A stretch of 64,000 nt of DNA from contig CAVWVI010000004.1 of the NCBI GenBank assembly GCA_963758495.1, positions 832,001 to 896,000 of the forward strand, written 5' to 3'. The notes under the pieces were generated by a model, which saw only the letters and a program-made list of their open reading frames with translations, was not told where the DNA came from and did no database searches. The stretch comes from Oligoflexia bacterium. Its GTDB lineage: Bacteria > Bdellovibrionota > UBA1018. The position numbers and the translations under genes were made by a program. Shown here piece by piece: positions 39,302 to 49,006 of the stretch (position 1 is the stretch's first letter; every line of letters starts with the position of its first letter).

Positions 39302-40063
39302 CTAAAACTGTCGTTGATCTCGACGAGAGAGTACTTGGCCAGTTTGCGCATCAATTATAATTTGGTGTCCCTGTACCATAAAGCGATAAGCATAGTAAGC
39401 ATCTTGCCCCATCACCCAAATGACCTTGCTTCCACTGTCTTTTGAAGAGAATGCTTTCAGCTGTGCCTGTGCTTGACTTAAGACAGTCTTATTTCGAATA
39501 TGAACGTCAGACGTATAATCTGAGTAAAGCGCAATCAGTTCTCCTTTTGAACCTAAATCCACTTTAACACTTCCTACTGGTGCCAAAGGGATTCCGTCAT
39601 AAGTCTCATTAAAAAATACTTGCGCTGAAATAGACCCTTCCTTTGCAACCCCTTGATCCAAAGGCCAATTTGAACGCACGCCCAAGAGAGGACGTCCCTC
39701 ATGAATCACTTCCCGTGCTCTCATAATCACTTTCTCAGGATCATTAGGCCGAAAATCCGAATTGGCAAACTGTCCACTTCCAATAGTCCCATGAATAGCG
39801 ATCAATTTCCCATCAGGGGTAAACTCAGATTGAAGATCAGATCCAAACTTTGCTTTAAAGGCATTCCAATTTGGAAATTCTGATGGCGGTTTTTTCGTTA
39901 CATTCATGGGCACAGTTTTCAAAGTGTTTCCTATAGGAGTAGGTACGGAAAGAGGTTGGGTTACAACCGGAAGCACGTTTGCTTGATAAAATTTAAATAT
40001 TAATAAATTAATAAATATAATTAATATAAAAATTACTCTAGTTACTTTTTTCAATTGCCCCAT
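39302..40063 (-). CDS. Membrane-anchored protein resembling the FTP/PepSY propeptide of M4/M36 proteases
   Basis: QVFFNETYDGIPL...VKV...GEL (FTP-like); LSQAQA...IIIDAQTGQVL (PepSY-like). Confidence 0.65.
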   Translation of the reverse strand: MGQLKKVTRVIFILIIFINLLIFKFYQANVLPVVTQPLSVPTPIGNTLKTVPMNVTKKPPSEFPNWNAFKAKFGSDLQSEFTPDGKLIAIHGTIGSGQFANSDFRPNDPEKVIMRAREVIHEGRPLLGVRSNWPLDQGVAKEGSISAQVFFNETYDGIPLAPVGSVKVDLGSKGELIALYSDYTSDVHIRNKTVLSQAQAQLKAFSSKDSGSKVIWVMGQDAYYAYRFMVQGHQIIIDAQTGQVLSRRDQRQF

Positions 40064-40075
40064 ATCGAAAAAACC

Positions 40076-42037
40076 TTAATGAATCATTACAGAAAAATCT
40101 TTAATTGAAGTCACTCCATTAGCAGGCGTAGCCTCAACTCGAAAACTCACCGGTTTTCCGTGTTTGGCATAGGGATTTACTTTCACCCAAATAGCAGTGC
40201 GCCAGTTATGATTAAAGTAAGGATTTGTTTTAAAATAACTATTCCCGACTGGAACATGATTTCCTCCATTATCTGGATTTAACTCTGACACAATAGAGGT
40301 ACCATTGATTTTACCATACATAATCTGAGTCTGATTGCCCCCAGGCCGTGACATGTATCCAATATTGATTATGCCATCTAGAAGGGTCACATCCGGATCA
40401 AGTGAAGTCACAGTCAGTAGAACACCACCTGCAGTGACATCAGAAATATTTTGAATGTCAAACCAGACTGCAGCGATCTCACCCGGATCTAATCGTGAAT
40501 TTGGCTCTGTCGACAATTCTATAGGAATACTAGATGAATCCACATCCATCTTCAAAAGCCATTTTTGAAGTAACTCTGGATTATCTTCCACATAGACACC
40601 AGGAGTCACACTCTCAGAAATAAAAATATTTGTTCCCGACCCTATCTCCATCCAATCATCATTGGTTATCGTAGGTCCGTCATACAGACCCCGCTCATGA
40701 AGCTTTTGCTGAATCAACAGAGTATCATTCAAAATAGTGTCATTCGAATGAGCGTCAGACAGATTTAATTCAAGGACCTGTCCAGAATAAGTGAGTAAAT
40801 TAGAGGCAAACCCTAAAAATGTCACTGGAGAATGATTTGTCTTAGAATTTGCGGCCGGAAGGTGCCGTATAGATTCCAAAATAAGCTGAGACATGACTTT
40901 GTTTGTAAATGTATCATCGTCTGAATGATTAGCCTTCAGTGCCGAGTAAACATCCCAAAGTGCCCCAAGCATAAGTACACCTGCATTATGTATTTCTTCC
41001 TGAGAAGGATATTCCAAATAAGCATCGCGCGCGGAATACTGACCTTTTTGACTTGCAGAATAAGGCCATCCTAACCCATCAGGATAGGCATAACTAATGG
41101 TACTTAATTTTTCACTTGGAGTATTTTCAAATGAAAATGAGGGATAGTGATCACACTTTGGAAAATTTGAGTCATATACCGGACATCGATGAGCGCCTCG
41201 CACATGACTTCCTTTAGGATCAAACGTCCCTAAAGCCCAACGACTGAAAGTTCGAGGGTCAAGGTTCAAACTAGGAGTTATCATATTGTCCGTAAAAATT
41301 AACCCCATAAAATCAGAAATAGCTTCATTCAAAGAACCTGCCTCATCATACCAAAACTGATTCAGAGTTTGAGTCATTGAGTAACTATCTATCGTAGTAG
41401 CATGTTCTAATTCATGGACCGTAACCACTGCATCGTCGGAATAAGACGCGCCTGGAGTCTTCACTGAGTCCCCAAGACAAACAAGTTCCGTATTTTTTCC
41501 ACCCGCATTCAGTATTCTCACGTAAAAAGCATTTTCATCCGCCATCTCGCAATGAGCCATGATAGTGACTGGAGATTTGGTTTGTAAATATCCAATACTA
41601 TCTAAATAAGATTGATATATATCTCCAAAATAGTAAACCATTGCTTCTTGAAAATGCGTACTGCCGTGCGGATATGAAAAATGATTTCCTGGACTAAAAG
41701 CTCCAAATCCATCGTTACATTGTCGCCCATTCACAGCTTCAATATAAGTTCCTTTCAATACTCCTTCACCACTTAAATGAGAAAGAATGACAGGTTTTGT
41801 GTAGCTATCCAGGCTAGCTGTCGTAGGAGATAAATAAATATCCCCTGAGCTAGACAAAGGATCAGGCATAAATACCCTTGCCGATCCAGTAGCCCCGCCC
41901 ACCACACTGAGTGAGGCGGGAGCACACATACCAGAAGCATTTACCGATGGCTGAGTAGACTCCTGTTCAGCAGTGCATGCCATGGTGCCAAAAGTTAAAA
42001 TACAGACACTGATCAATCGAATTGCCCCACAACCCAT
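40076..42037 (-). CDS. Gluzincin metallopeptidase lipoprotein (M4/M36-like)
   Basis: Lipobox TMAC; NAFY; VHELEH followed by GSLNEAISD; EEIHNAG. Confidence 0.8.
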   Translation of the reverse strand: MGCGAIRLISVCILTFGTMACTAEQESTQPSVNASGMCAPASLSVVGGATGSARVFMPDPLSSSGDIYLSPTTASLDSYTKPVILSHLSGEGVLKGTYIEAVNGRQCNDGFGAFSPGNHFSYPHGSTHFQEAMVYYFGDIYQSYLDSIGYLQTKSPVTIMAHCEMADENAFYVRILNAGGKNTELVCLGDSVKTPGASYSDDAVVTVHELEHATTIDSYSMTQTLNQFWYDEAGSLNEAISDFMGLIFTDNMITPSLNLDPRTFSRWALGTFDPKGSHVRGAHRCPVYDSNFPKCDHYPSFSFENTPSEKLSTISYAYPDGLGWPYSASQKGQYSARDAYLEYPSQEEIHNAGVLMLGALWDVYSALKANHSDDDTFTNKVMSQLILESIRHLPAANSKTNHSPVTFLGFASNLLTYSGQVLELNLSDAHSNDTILNDTLLIQQKLHERGLYDGPTITNDDWMEIGSGTNIFISESVTPGVYVEDNPELLQKWLLKMDVDSSSIPIELSTEPNSRLDPGEIAAVWFDIQNISDVTAGGVLLTVTSLDPDVTLLDGIINIGYMSRPGGNQTQIMYGKINGTSIVSELNPDNGGNHVPVGNSYFKTNPYFNHNWRTAIWVKVNPYAKHGKPVSFRVEATPANGVTSIKDFSVMIH

Positions 42038-42083
42038 AAGGGCTATGTAGCCTTAATTAGGTTTTTTTTATAGTCCGAATTGT

Positions 42084-43331
42084 TTAATGCACACGCTCTA
42101 AACGGAGCACCTTTTCTTTCAATGCTTTAATCACAGCAGCACTATGTTCTGGACCTCGCGTCTCAAGCGTTAAAGCAACATCCGTTTGATTCATTTTTGT
42201 AAATGGCTCACTGCGATCATGAATAGCTTGCAATATATTTGCGCCCTGCTTTGCAATCAGTTGAGTTAAACCTGCAAGTGAGCCAGGTCGATCTGCAAGT
42301 AATACATTGACTCGAAGACGTCGACCTGCTCGGATTAGACCTAAGTCAATAATTCGAGCTAGCAAGTTCACATCAATATTTCCACCGCTCACGATGAGAA
42401 CTACTTTTTTACCTTGAATTCTCTCTTTCAAAGATTCCAATGCTGCAAGTGGAACAGCGCCTGCTCCTTCTGCAATGACTTTAGCTTTTTCCATCAGCAT
42501 TAATACCGATGCAGCAATAGCATCTTCATCTACCTCAACCCAATCATCCACAGTTAACGCAAGAATTTTTCGCATTTTTTCACTTGCATGCATCACTGCT
42601 ATTCCGTCTGCGAATGTGTTGGATGACTCTAAGGTCACTGCTTTCCCATTTTGAATCGATTGAATCATAGATGGCGCACCCAGCGCTTGACAGCCTATCA
42701 CCTGCGCTTGGGGCTTAAGTGCCTTAAAAACTGTAGATACTCCAGCGATGAGTCCACCGCCCCCTACTGAGCTCAGAACAAAATCAACATCAGGGAGCTG
42801 TTCAAGGATTTCCAAACCAACCGTGCCTTGCCCTGCTACTACCAGTTCATCTTCAAAAGCATGTACAAAAACTCGTTTCGTTTTTTCAGCAATTTTTCTG
42901 GCATGATCATAAGACTCATCATAATTACCTCCACGCAAAACAACTTCTGCACCCAGAGCTTTGGTATTCTGAAGCTTAACAATTGGCGCACAGGTGGGCA
43001 TCACAATTAAAGCATTCACCCCTAACTGACGAGCACCCCAAGCCACACCTTGAGCATGATTACCTGCACTCGCAGCAATGACTCCCTTCCTTTTTTGAAT
43101 AGAAGAAAGTCTTGATATTTTATATGTAGCGCCACGAATTTTAAAAGATCCGATTGGCTGCATATTTTCTAATTTTAAATAAACTTCGCATCCCATGGCT
43201 TCTGAAATCCAAGAATTAAAAAGCAGAGGAGATGGATGTAAATATTTTTCTAGCTCTCTTTTTGCTTTTTGGATCTCTGTTAATCGGATTTTCAAAGACT
43301 CCCCCAATCTAGTACTAAAGTCGACCTGCAA
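42084..43331 (-). CDS. ilvA: Threonine ammonia-lyase with C-terminal ACT domain
   Basis: KLENMQPIGSFKIRGA, ASAGNHAQG, GGGGLIAG, SGGNID, DRPGSL. Confidence 0.9.
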   Translation of the reverse strand: MQVDFSTRLGESLKIRLTEIQKAKRELEKYLHPSPLLFNSWISEAMGCEVYLKLENMQPIGSFKIRGATYKISRLSSIQKRKGVIAASAGNHAQGVAWGARQLGVNALIVMPTCAPIVKLQNTKALGAEVVLRGGNYDESYDHARKIAEKTKRVFVHAFEDELVVAGQGTVGLEILEQLPDVDFVLSSVGGGGLIAGVSTVFKALKPQAQVIGCQALGAPSMIQSIQNGKAVTLESSNTFADGIAVMHASEKMRKILALTVDDWVEVDEDAIAASVLMLMEKAKVIAEGAGAVPLAALESLKERIQGKKVVLIVSGGNIDVNLLARIIDLGLIRAGRRLRVNVLLADRPGSLAGLTQLIAKQGANILQAIHDRSEPFTKMNQTDVALTLETRGPEHSAAVIKALKEKVLRLERVH

Positions 43332-43998
43332 CCGGAATTAAAGCTCCATGAATGGGCTTTCCTAAAGACGAGGTCAATGAAAAAATAATATCTGCGAGCT
43401 GTCCTGGCTGAACCCAATCTGAGAAATTTGCTTGGGGCATCTCTCTTCGATTCGAAGGGGTATCAATCACCGTAGGTAAAACCGCATTCACTGTAATATC
43501 AAAAGCCTTAGTTTCCTCAGCTAAAGCAGAGGTCAGCATATTGAGTCCCGCTTTGGAGGCAGCATAAGCGGCCATCCCTTGACCCGGTTGAAAAGTCGCG
43601 CGCGAGCTTATAAATACAATACGTCCAAAATTTCTTTTTTTCATTCCAGGGATGAGTTCCCTCGCTAAAAAGAACGCTGATTTCAAATTTGTGTTGATTA
43701 AAAAATCCAGATCGTCATCTCGAATTTGCTCTACTGTAGAAAATCGAAATCCACCCGCACAATGAACCCATATATCAAATGATTGATTAGAAAAAGCAGC
43801 ACTCACCGCTTGAGAATCAGTCAAATCAACTTGGGCCCAATGAATTGAACTCCATTTTTGATGAACCGGATCCAGGGATTTATGAAAGACTCCCGTCACA
43901 TCCAATCCAGTTTGTAGAAACTTCTCGGCAACAGAGAACCCTAATACTCCGTTTGCCCCTGTCAATAAAACCTTTTTTTTTGTTATTGAAGAACTCAT
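43315..43998 (-). CDS. Short-chain dehydrogenase/reductase
   Basis: TGANGVLG, YAASK, NAVLPTVIDTP. Confidence 0.92.
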   Translation of the reverse strand: MSSSITKKKVLLTGANGVLGFSVAEKFLQTGLDVTGVFHKSLDPVHQKWSSIHWAQVDLTDSQAVSAAFSNQSFDIWVHCAGGFRFSTVEQIRDDDLDFLINTNLKSAFFLARELIPGMKKRNFGRIVFISSRATFQPGQGMAAYAASKAGLNMLTSALAEETKAFDITVNAVLPTVIDTPSNRREMPQANFSDWVQPGQLADIIFSLTSSLGKPIHGALIPVAGRL

Positions 43999-44058
43999 GC
44001 CTAAATCTATACCAAGCCCACTCAGGGTTCACAAATTTTAACTCAGATTTTATGCGGA

Positions 44059-45045
44059 TTAAGCTGTTTTTCCTATTTTCCCTAAATGAGGCATTTTTTC
44101 CCGCAGCATGGACGTTCGAATCACCCAAACAGGGCAATCTGCATTTCGAATCACTTCACGAGTGATACTTCCAATCAACATGGATTCGATCGAACTTGAA
44201 TGACCTTCCATTATAATTAAACCTGCAGCTTTTCTCTTGGCAAGCGCGGATAATGAAGCTGATATTGGCCCTCCTGCAGACTCAATCACATAATCAGTGG
44301 GTACCCCCTGGCGAGTGGCCCAACGAGCCCAGACCTCTGCGCATTTAGACTGTTGATCTATGTCTTTGCCCAGATACGAATGGGAAGACACCCACGTTCC
44401 ACCTCCCAATAAATACACACCAGACTGAATCAGGGAGTCAATTGGATGCAAAACTGAATGGAAAAGGGTCAATCGTGCTGTGAGTTTTTTTGCAACTTTA
44501 ACCACTTTCCGAAATAAGAAACGAGATTCACAGGCCAGATTACTTGGAAAAATGATTTGATTTAATGAATGCATCTGTTTCATCATCGGAGGAATAACCA
44601 TTACCGGTACTTTTGACTTTGCAAGAAGATCTTCTGTAAAACTGCCAAACAATAGCCGTTTTACTCCCGCTCTTCCATGAGGATTGACCCAAATGATATC
44701 GGCACTCACGGAGCGAGCATATTCAGAAAGAATCTCAGAATTTGTATTATGTCGATCGGCCTTATGAACTAGGACTCTTGGCTGCTTTATTCCTTTTACT
44801 TGAACTCGATTCAAAATTTCTTGAATCACTCTTTTTGCGGCTGCTTGATAACTAGACACTCTCTTTAAGTCTTCTTCTCCCTCATCAATGAATCCTGACT
44901 CACTCAAGACATAAACAGGTTCTATGGCAGTTTCAGTCCGACTGACAAAATCCTGAAGACACTGCGCGATCAATCCATAAACCTCTTGATTCGGTTCAAA
45001 TGGATCCATTGCCCAAATAATTTTTTTCAGAGATTCAATAGACAT
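44059..45045 (-). CDS. Tandem universal stress protein
   Basis: Two Usp domains (HGRAGVKRLLFGSFTE..L...VPV; IGSITREVIRNADCPV). Confidence 0.88.
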   Translation of the reverse strand: MSIESLKKIIWAMDPFEPNQEVYGLIAQCLQDFVSRTETAIEPVYVLSESGFIDEGEEDLKRVSSYQAAAKRVIQEILNRVQVKGIKQPRVLVHKADRHNTNSEILSEYARSVSADIIWVNPHGRAGVKRLLFGSFTEDLLAKSKVPVMVIPPMMKQMHSLNQIIFPSNLACESRFLFRKVVKVAKKLTARLTLFHSVLHPIDSLIQSGVYLLGGGTWVSSHSYLGKDIDQQSKCAEVWARWATRQGVPTDYVIESAGGPISASLSALAKRKAAGLIIMEGHSSSIESMLIGSITREVIRNADCPVWVIRTSMLREKMPHLGKIGKTA

Positions 45046-45061
45046 CTTAACAATTAAATAA

Positions 45062-45077
45062 AGCATGAGACGTGCCA
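45062..45077 (-). promoter_or_regulatory. Candidate sigma54 promoter of the usp gene
   Basis: Minus strand TGGCACGTCTCATGCT, one mismatch to TGGCAC-N5-TTGC. Confidence 0.5.
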
Positions 45078-45232
45078 TACTAGCTTTTGATAAGGAATTT
45101 TATTGACTTTCTAAAATAAGTCCGTTTTTAAGTACAACTAGAATACGGTTATGAGTTCCTTAGTTGATTTTTCGATGCACCTACGCTACTTAAGCGCAAT
45201 CAGGCTATTTAGATACTAAAATTGAGGGCATC

Positions 45233-46756
45233 GTGCAGTTCATTTCATCAGTTTTAAATGAGTTCCATATTGCGACGAGCGGCCTCCACGCGGTATCCCA
45301 ATCAGGTTATCTATTCCTCTTTATATTTGCACTCTTACTTGCGTGTGGATTCGAGTTTATTAATGGCTTCCATGACGCTGCAAATGCGATTGCCACTGTC
45401 ATTTATACGCGATCCTTGAAGCCTTGGATTGCCGTAACCCTAGCAGGAATATGTAATTTTTTAGGCACGTTATTAGGCGGTACAACGGTAGCAATGGGAA
45501 TCATTAAATTACTGCCGAACGAACTCCTCATCTCTACTCAAATGGGTGTAAGTTTTGCGATGATTTTCGCATTTTTAAGTGCAGCCATTTTATGGAATTT
45601 AACCATTTGGCTTTTATCTTTGCCTGCCTCTAGCTCACATGCGCTGATTGGAGCAATCCTTGGAATTGGAATTGCTAACGCTTACTCAACTGGAATGCCC
45701 CTCTCCCACGGCATCAATTGGGTAAAAGCTGGCGAAATTGGTATCGCTCTTTTAATCTCTCCAGTCATTGGCTTTACTTTTTCTGGTATTCTCTTACTAC
45801 TCGCCAAACGGGTTTTTAAAAATACGAGTGTTCATAACGCACCCTCAGGCGAAACCCCACCTTTGTGGAAAGTTCGAACCACCCTTATTTTATCAAGCGT
45901 CGGCATCAGTCTGGCTCATGGCTCAAATGATGGTCAAAAAGGTGTAGCGCTCATTATGCTCATCCTCATGACTGTCCTGCCAGAACAATTTGCTTTACGG
46001 GGAACACTCAGCCCTAAAGAATTACAGCGCACAGTAGAAGCCTCTCATCATATTACCGAAATTCTTGCATTAGAAAGCTTTAGAGAAAAAACCCAAAACC
46101 CAGATACGGTTCTTTTTGAACCTAATGCAGCTGCCAGCACCCCACTTTCCTCTCAACCTACGAATTTAAAGATTGCAGACATTCTCAAAGGTGTTGAATC
46201 CATTGCAAATACCTTAGTGAGCAAACCTCAGCTCAATCTTCTTAACGTGAATGATCGAATCGAATTAAGATCAATCATTCTAACAGTGGATCAAAAAATC
46301 AGTAACCTGGAACAAGCCCAAAAAGGTCTCATTGCCCAGTCAAAATGGGCGACCATTCAAAAGGAACGTGCTCAGCTCAATAGCTTGACTGATTATGCTC
46401 CTCTTTGGGTGATCTTGCTCGTAGCATTTTCACTCGGTATGGGAACACTCATAGGCTGGAGACGCGTTGTAACAACAGTAGGGGAACGCATTGGAAAAAG
46501 TCACATGACCTATGCACAAGGGGCTTCGGCGGGACTTGTTGCTATGGGTACCATTGGAATATCCTCCTTTGCTGGACTCCCCGTGAGCACCACTCATGTG
46601 ATTTCATCTGGAATTGCGGGAACGATGGTTGCGGGGCGGACAGGCATACAGTATAAGACTATTAAAAATATTATTTTGGCGTGGATATTGACGTTACCTA
46701 CAGTAATGACATTATCTGCCGGACTTTTTCTTCTATTTTTGAAAATTTTTAAATAG
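45233..46756 (+). CDS. pit: Inorganic phosphate transporter (PitA-like long type)
   Basis: NGFHDAANA, PASSSHALIG, HGSNDGQKG, large central loop, PVSTTH. Confidence 0.93.
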   Translation: MQFISSVLNEFHIATSGLHAVSQSGYLFLFIFALLLACGFEFINGFHDAANAIATVIYTRSLKPWIAVTLAGICNFLGTLLGGTTVAMGIIKLLPNELLISTQMGVSFAMIFAFLSAAILWNLTIWLLSLPASSSHALIGAILGIGIANAYSTGMPLSHGINWVKAGEIGIALLISPVIGFTFSGILLLLAKRVFKNTSVHNAPSGETPPLWKVRTTLILSSVGISLAHGSNDGQKGVALIMLILMTVLPEQFALRGTLSPKELQRTVEASHHITEILALESFREKTQNPDTVLFEPNAAASTPLSSQPTNLKIADILKGVESIANTLVSKPQLNLLNVNDRIELRSIILTVDQKISNLEQAQKGLIAQSKWATIQKERAQLNSLTDYAPLWVILLVAFSLGMGTLIGWRRVVTTVGERIGKSHMTYAQGASAGLVAMGTIGISSFAGLPVSTTHVISSGIAGTMVAGRTGIQYKTIKNIILAWILTLPTVMTLSAGLFLLFLKIFK

Positions 46757-47749
46757 AGGCTCAGTTACTTTTTCAATATTCTCATTCAGATTTATAATAG
46801 TTGGAAATGAAGCGCTGGGTGTTTTAGTAACGCACTCTTTTTCAGCTCTCGCTTTAACTGATTCAGCTCCCTTTTCAACTGAGGCTAAAAGTCCTGAACG
46901 GACCAAAAGCTCCTTCCAAAAATCGGTGTGAGTATACTGGAACTTTGTGTCACCAGGACCATCAGAATTAAATCGCTGTTTTGCAAATGCCGGGGTCGCC
47001 TCAGGATGAAAAGCACAAGCAATCACCTTTCCCTCGCCATGGCTCGAAGAAACTGCACCAATAGCCTCTTTTTGTTTGGCGTGAGTATATCGGGCTAATA
47101 CTTGAATGTTTGGATTTTTCAAGCCCTGTGGATCATCTGCATCCACGAGAAAGCTTCCCATATGCCAAAAGGACTTAAATTTCTTTTTGTCAGGCGTTTC
47201 CAGTTCTACCCATTGTCCTTTGGCTTCCTCCCCTACTTTCAATCCATGAGAAGGCCAGTACGCGTTCACTTTGACTAATCCAGCCATATTCCAATTTGGA
47301 TTCACGAAGTCTGGTGAATCCTCAAGGTAGATTCTTTTACTTGCGAGATTTGAGCCTGCGCAAATGCCTAAATAGTTTCCACCCTGGCGAATAAACTGGT
47401 CAATCGCCTGAATTCCAGGTTCATCAGTTTTACTCAACCTGACCTCTGTCAAAGCTTTCGCCATTTTCGCAGCATTGCCGCCAGGAATCACCAGAGCATA
47501 ATTCTTCGCAGTTTCAGTATTTAGAGAAAGAAAGTTCACCAATTCAGTGGGGGTTGTGAAAACTTTGATATCAGAATGGGCATCTGCATTTTGGATTGCC
47601 TGTATCGTATTTTGCCCAATTTTGTCATCAACTCCCGGCCCCGTATAAACCAAAGCAATCCGATTTGCCCACGCCAGATCAGAGATTGCCAGAAAAACAA
47701 ATCCAAAAATCACTCCCAAGCTGCGACCATGAACCCCATTCTTCATCAT
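46733..47749 (-). CDS. Secreted BPL-N / class I glutamine amidotransferase-like hydrolase
   Basis: Signal peptide; VIPGG, GGNYLGICAG (nucleophile Cys), FHPE. Confidence 0.78.
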   Translation of the reverse strand: MMKNGVHGRSLGVIFGFVFLAISDLAWANRIALVYTGPGVDDKIGQNTIQAIQNADAHSDIKVFTTPTELVNFLSLNTETAKNYALVIPGGNAAKMAKALTEVRLSKTDEPGIQAIDQFIRQGGNYLGICAGSNLASKRIYLEDSPDFVNPNWNMAGLVKVNAYWPSHGLKVGEEAKGQWVELETPDKKKFKSFWHMGSFLVDADDPQGLKNPNIQVLARYTHAKQKEAIGAVSSSHGEGKVIACAFHPEATPAFAKQRFNSDGPGDTKFQYTHTDFWKELLVRSGLLASVEKGAESVKARAEKECVTKTPSASFPTIINLNENIEKVTEPLFKNFQK

Positions 47750-47810
47750 GAATCCTCAATATTGACTGTAAAAGGAATAAAAGCTATCACCCAAAAATAT
47801 GAGAAAAAGG

Positions 47811-48128
47811 CTAGGCCACTCGTTTAAATTCAAATTTGATACCTAGAATCTCCGCATAGCGAATGAGCCGATCAAGAGTGAACTCATCAAAATGATAACG
47901 CAGGAGCTTACTGATCAAAGCCTCACCAATCTCAAGCTTTTGAGCAAGTTCACGCTGGGTAAAATCATGTTCACGTTTGTAAACAATGAACGAAGCACAG
48001 ATATCGCGTTTCATCAGATCAACTACCGGGGCGTCTTTTGGTACTGCCCTACTGTAAAGATCTGGATTCTCATCCAGTTTTTTTAAAACCTTCGCGATCT
48101 CTTCGCGTTTTGGCCATTTTGTCGTCAT
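47811..48128 (-). CDS. XRE-family HTH protein (probable antitoxin)
   Basis: TQRELAQKLEIGEALISKLL...FTLDRLI; start overlaps stop of the upstream gene. Confidence 0.8.
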   Translation of the reverse strand: MTTKWPKREEIAKVLKKLDENPDLYSRAVPKDAPVVDLMKRDICASFIVYKREHDFTQRELAQKLEIGEALISKLLRYHFDEFTLDRLIRYAEILGIKFEFKRVA

Positions 48129-48424
48129 TTTTTCTCCTTTACCCGAAAGGCGCTCACCACACCTAAAAATTTTTCTTCACAATAAGTGAGAACCACCCGG
48201 TAGCACTTTTTTTGCCTAACCACAGTTTCGGCAAAATACTTAAACTCTCCTTGTTCACTCTCTGGTTCAGATTCATTTTGATCCAGTAGCTTGATGAGTT
48301 CTAAAATCAGTTGATCCGTCATATCTGGATGATTTTTTTGGTAGTGAGGATCAATAATTAATCGGGTAAAATTTCGTTTGTTGAATATGAGGGCTAGCTT
48401 ATACTCGCGACAATCCTCGGACAT
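48125..48424 (-). CDS. Small hypothetical protein (possible toxin)
   Basis: 99 aa, translationally coupled upstream of the HTH gene; beta-rich C-half. Confidence 0.6.
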   Translation of the reverse strand: MSEDCREYKLALIFNKRNFTRLIIDPHYQKNHPDMTDQLILELIKLLDQNESEPESEQGEFKYFAETVVRQKKCYRVVLTYCEEKFLGVVSAFRVKEKK

Positions 48425-48521
48425 ATTCTAACTATTTCATACTTTCCATATTTGTCAATCCATATTTAGAAAGTATCACAGTTGCACTTCAAGTCAGAAT
48501 ACAAGACTAGCAATAAAAAGA

Positions 48522-48687
48522 GATTGTGCGCCTGCCACGAAGGATGAACTCAAGCTAAGTCATCATGATGACATCGCCTTTATTAATGACTGTATGGTGA
48601 GTGGGCTCATATCGTCATTTTGCTTGGATGAGTATTTGAATTTTTTATGGATTTTCGCAATTCATCCTTCGTGACAGGCGCACAATG
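48522..48687. mobile_element. MITE-like element, copy 2
   Basis: TIRs ATTGTGCGCCTGCCACGAAGGATGAA / TTCATCCTTCGTGACAGGCGCACAAT; interior aligns with 5076-5240 (CATCATGATGACATCGC, TGAGTGGG). Confidence 0.85.
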
Positions 48688-48757
48688 TAAACTTAAAAAT
48701 ACAGCTCTCACTTGCGTCTCACTCTCTCTGGGTATTCGCCATCCGAGGTAGATGGGC

Positions 48758-49006
48758 TTAAATTCCATCAACGAATGCTTTAACACTGATATCTTCGTCA
48801 ATCTCCGGCCAATAGATTCCATAACCGCCGGGAGAAATTTCCATTTTTGCCCGCTGTTTATCAGTTGCGTTCATCAGCTTTGGAAACCAAGCAATTGGGA
48901 TAGAAACTTCCCGACCATCACTCATCACTGCAATAATCTTATCCATTTCAGCTCGTACACTCATGATAGCTGGGTAATCTTTAGTTTTTCTGAGAGGCAA
49001 ATTCAT
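48758..49006 (-). CDS. DUF2442-family protein
   Basis: SDGREVSIPIAWFPKL..AT..QR, GIYWPEIDEDIS. Confidence 0.85.
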   Translation of the reverse strand: MNLPLRKTKDYPAIMSVRAEMDKIIAVMSDGREVSIPIAWFPKLMNATDKQRAKMEISPGGYGIYWPEIDEDISVKAFVDGI

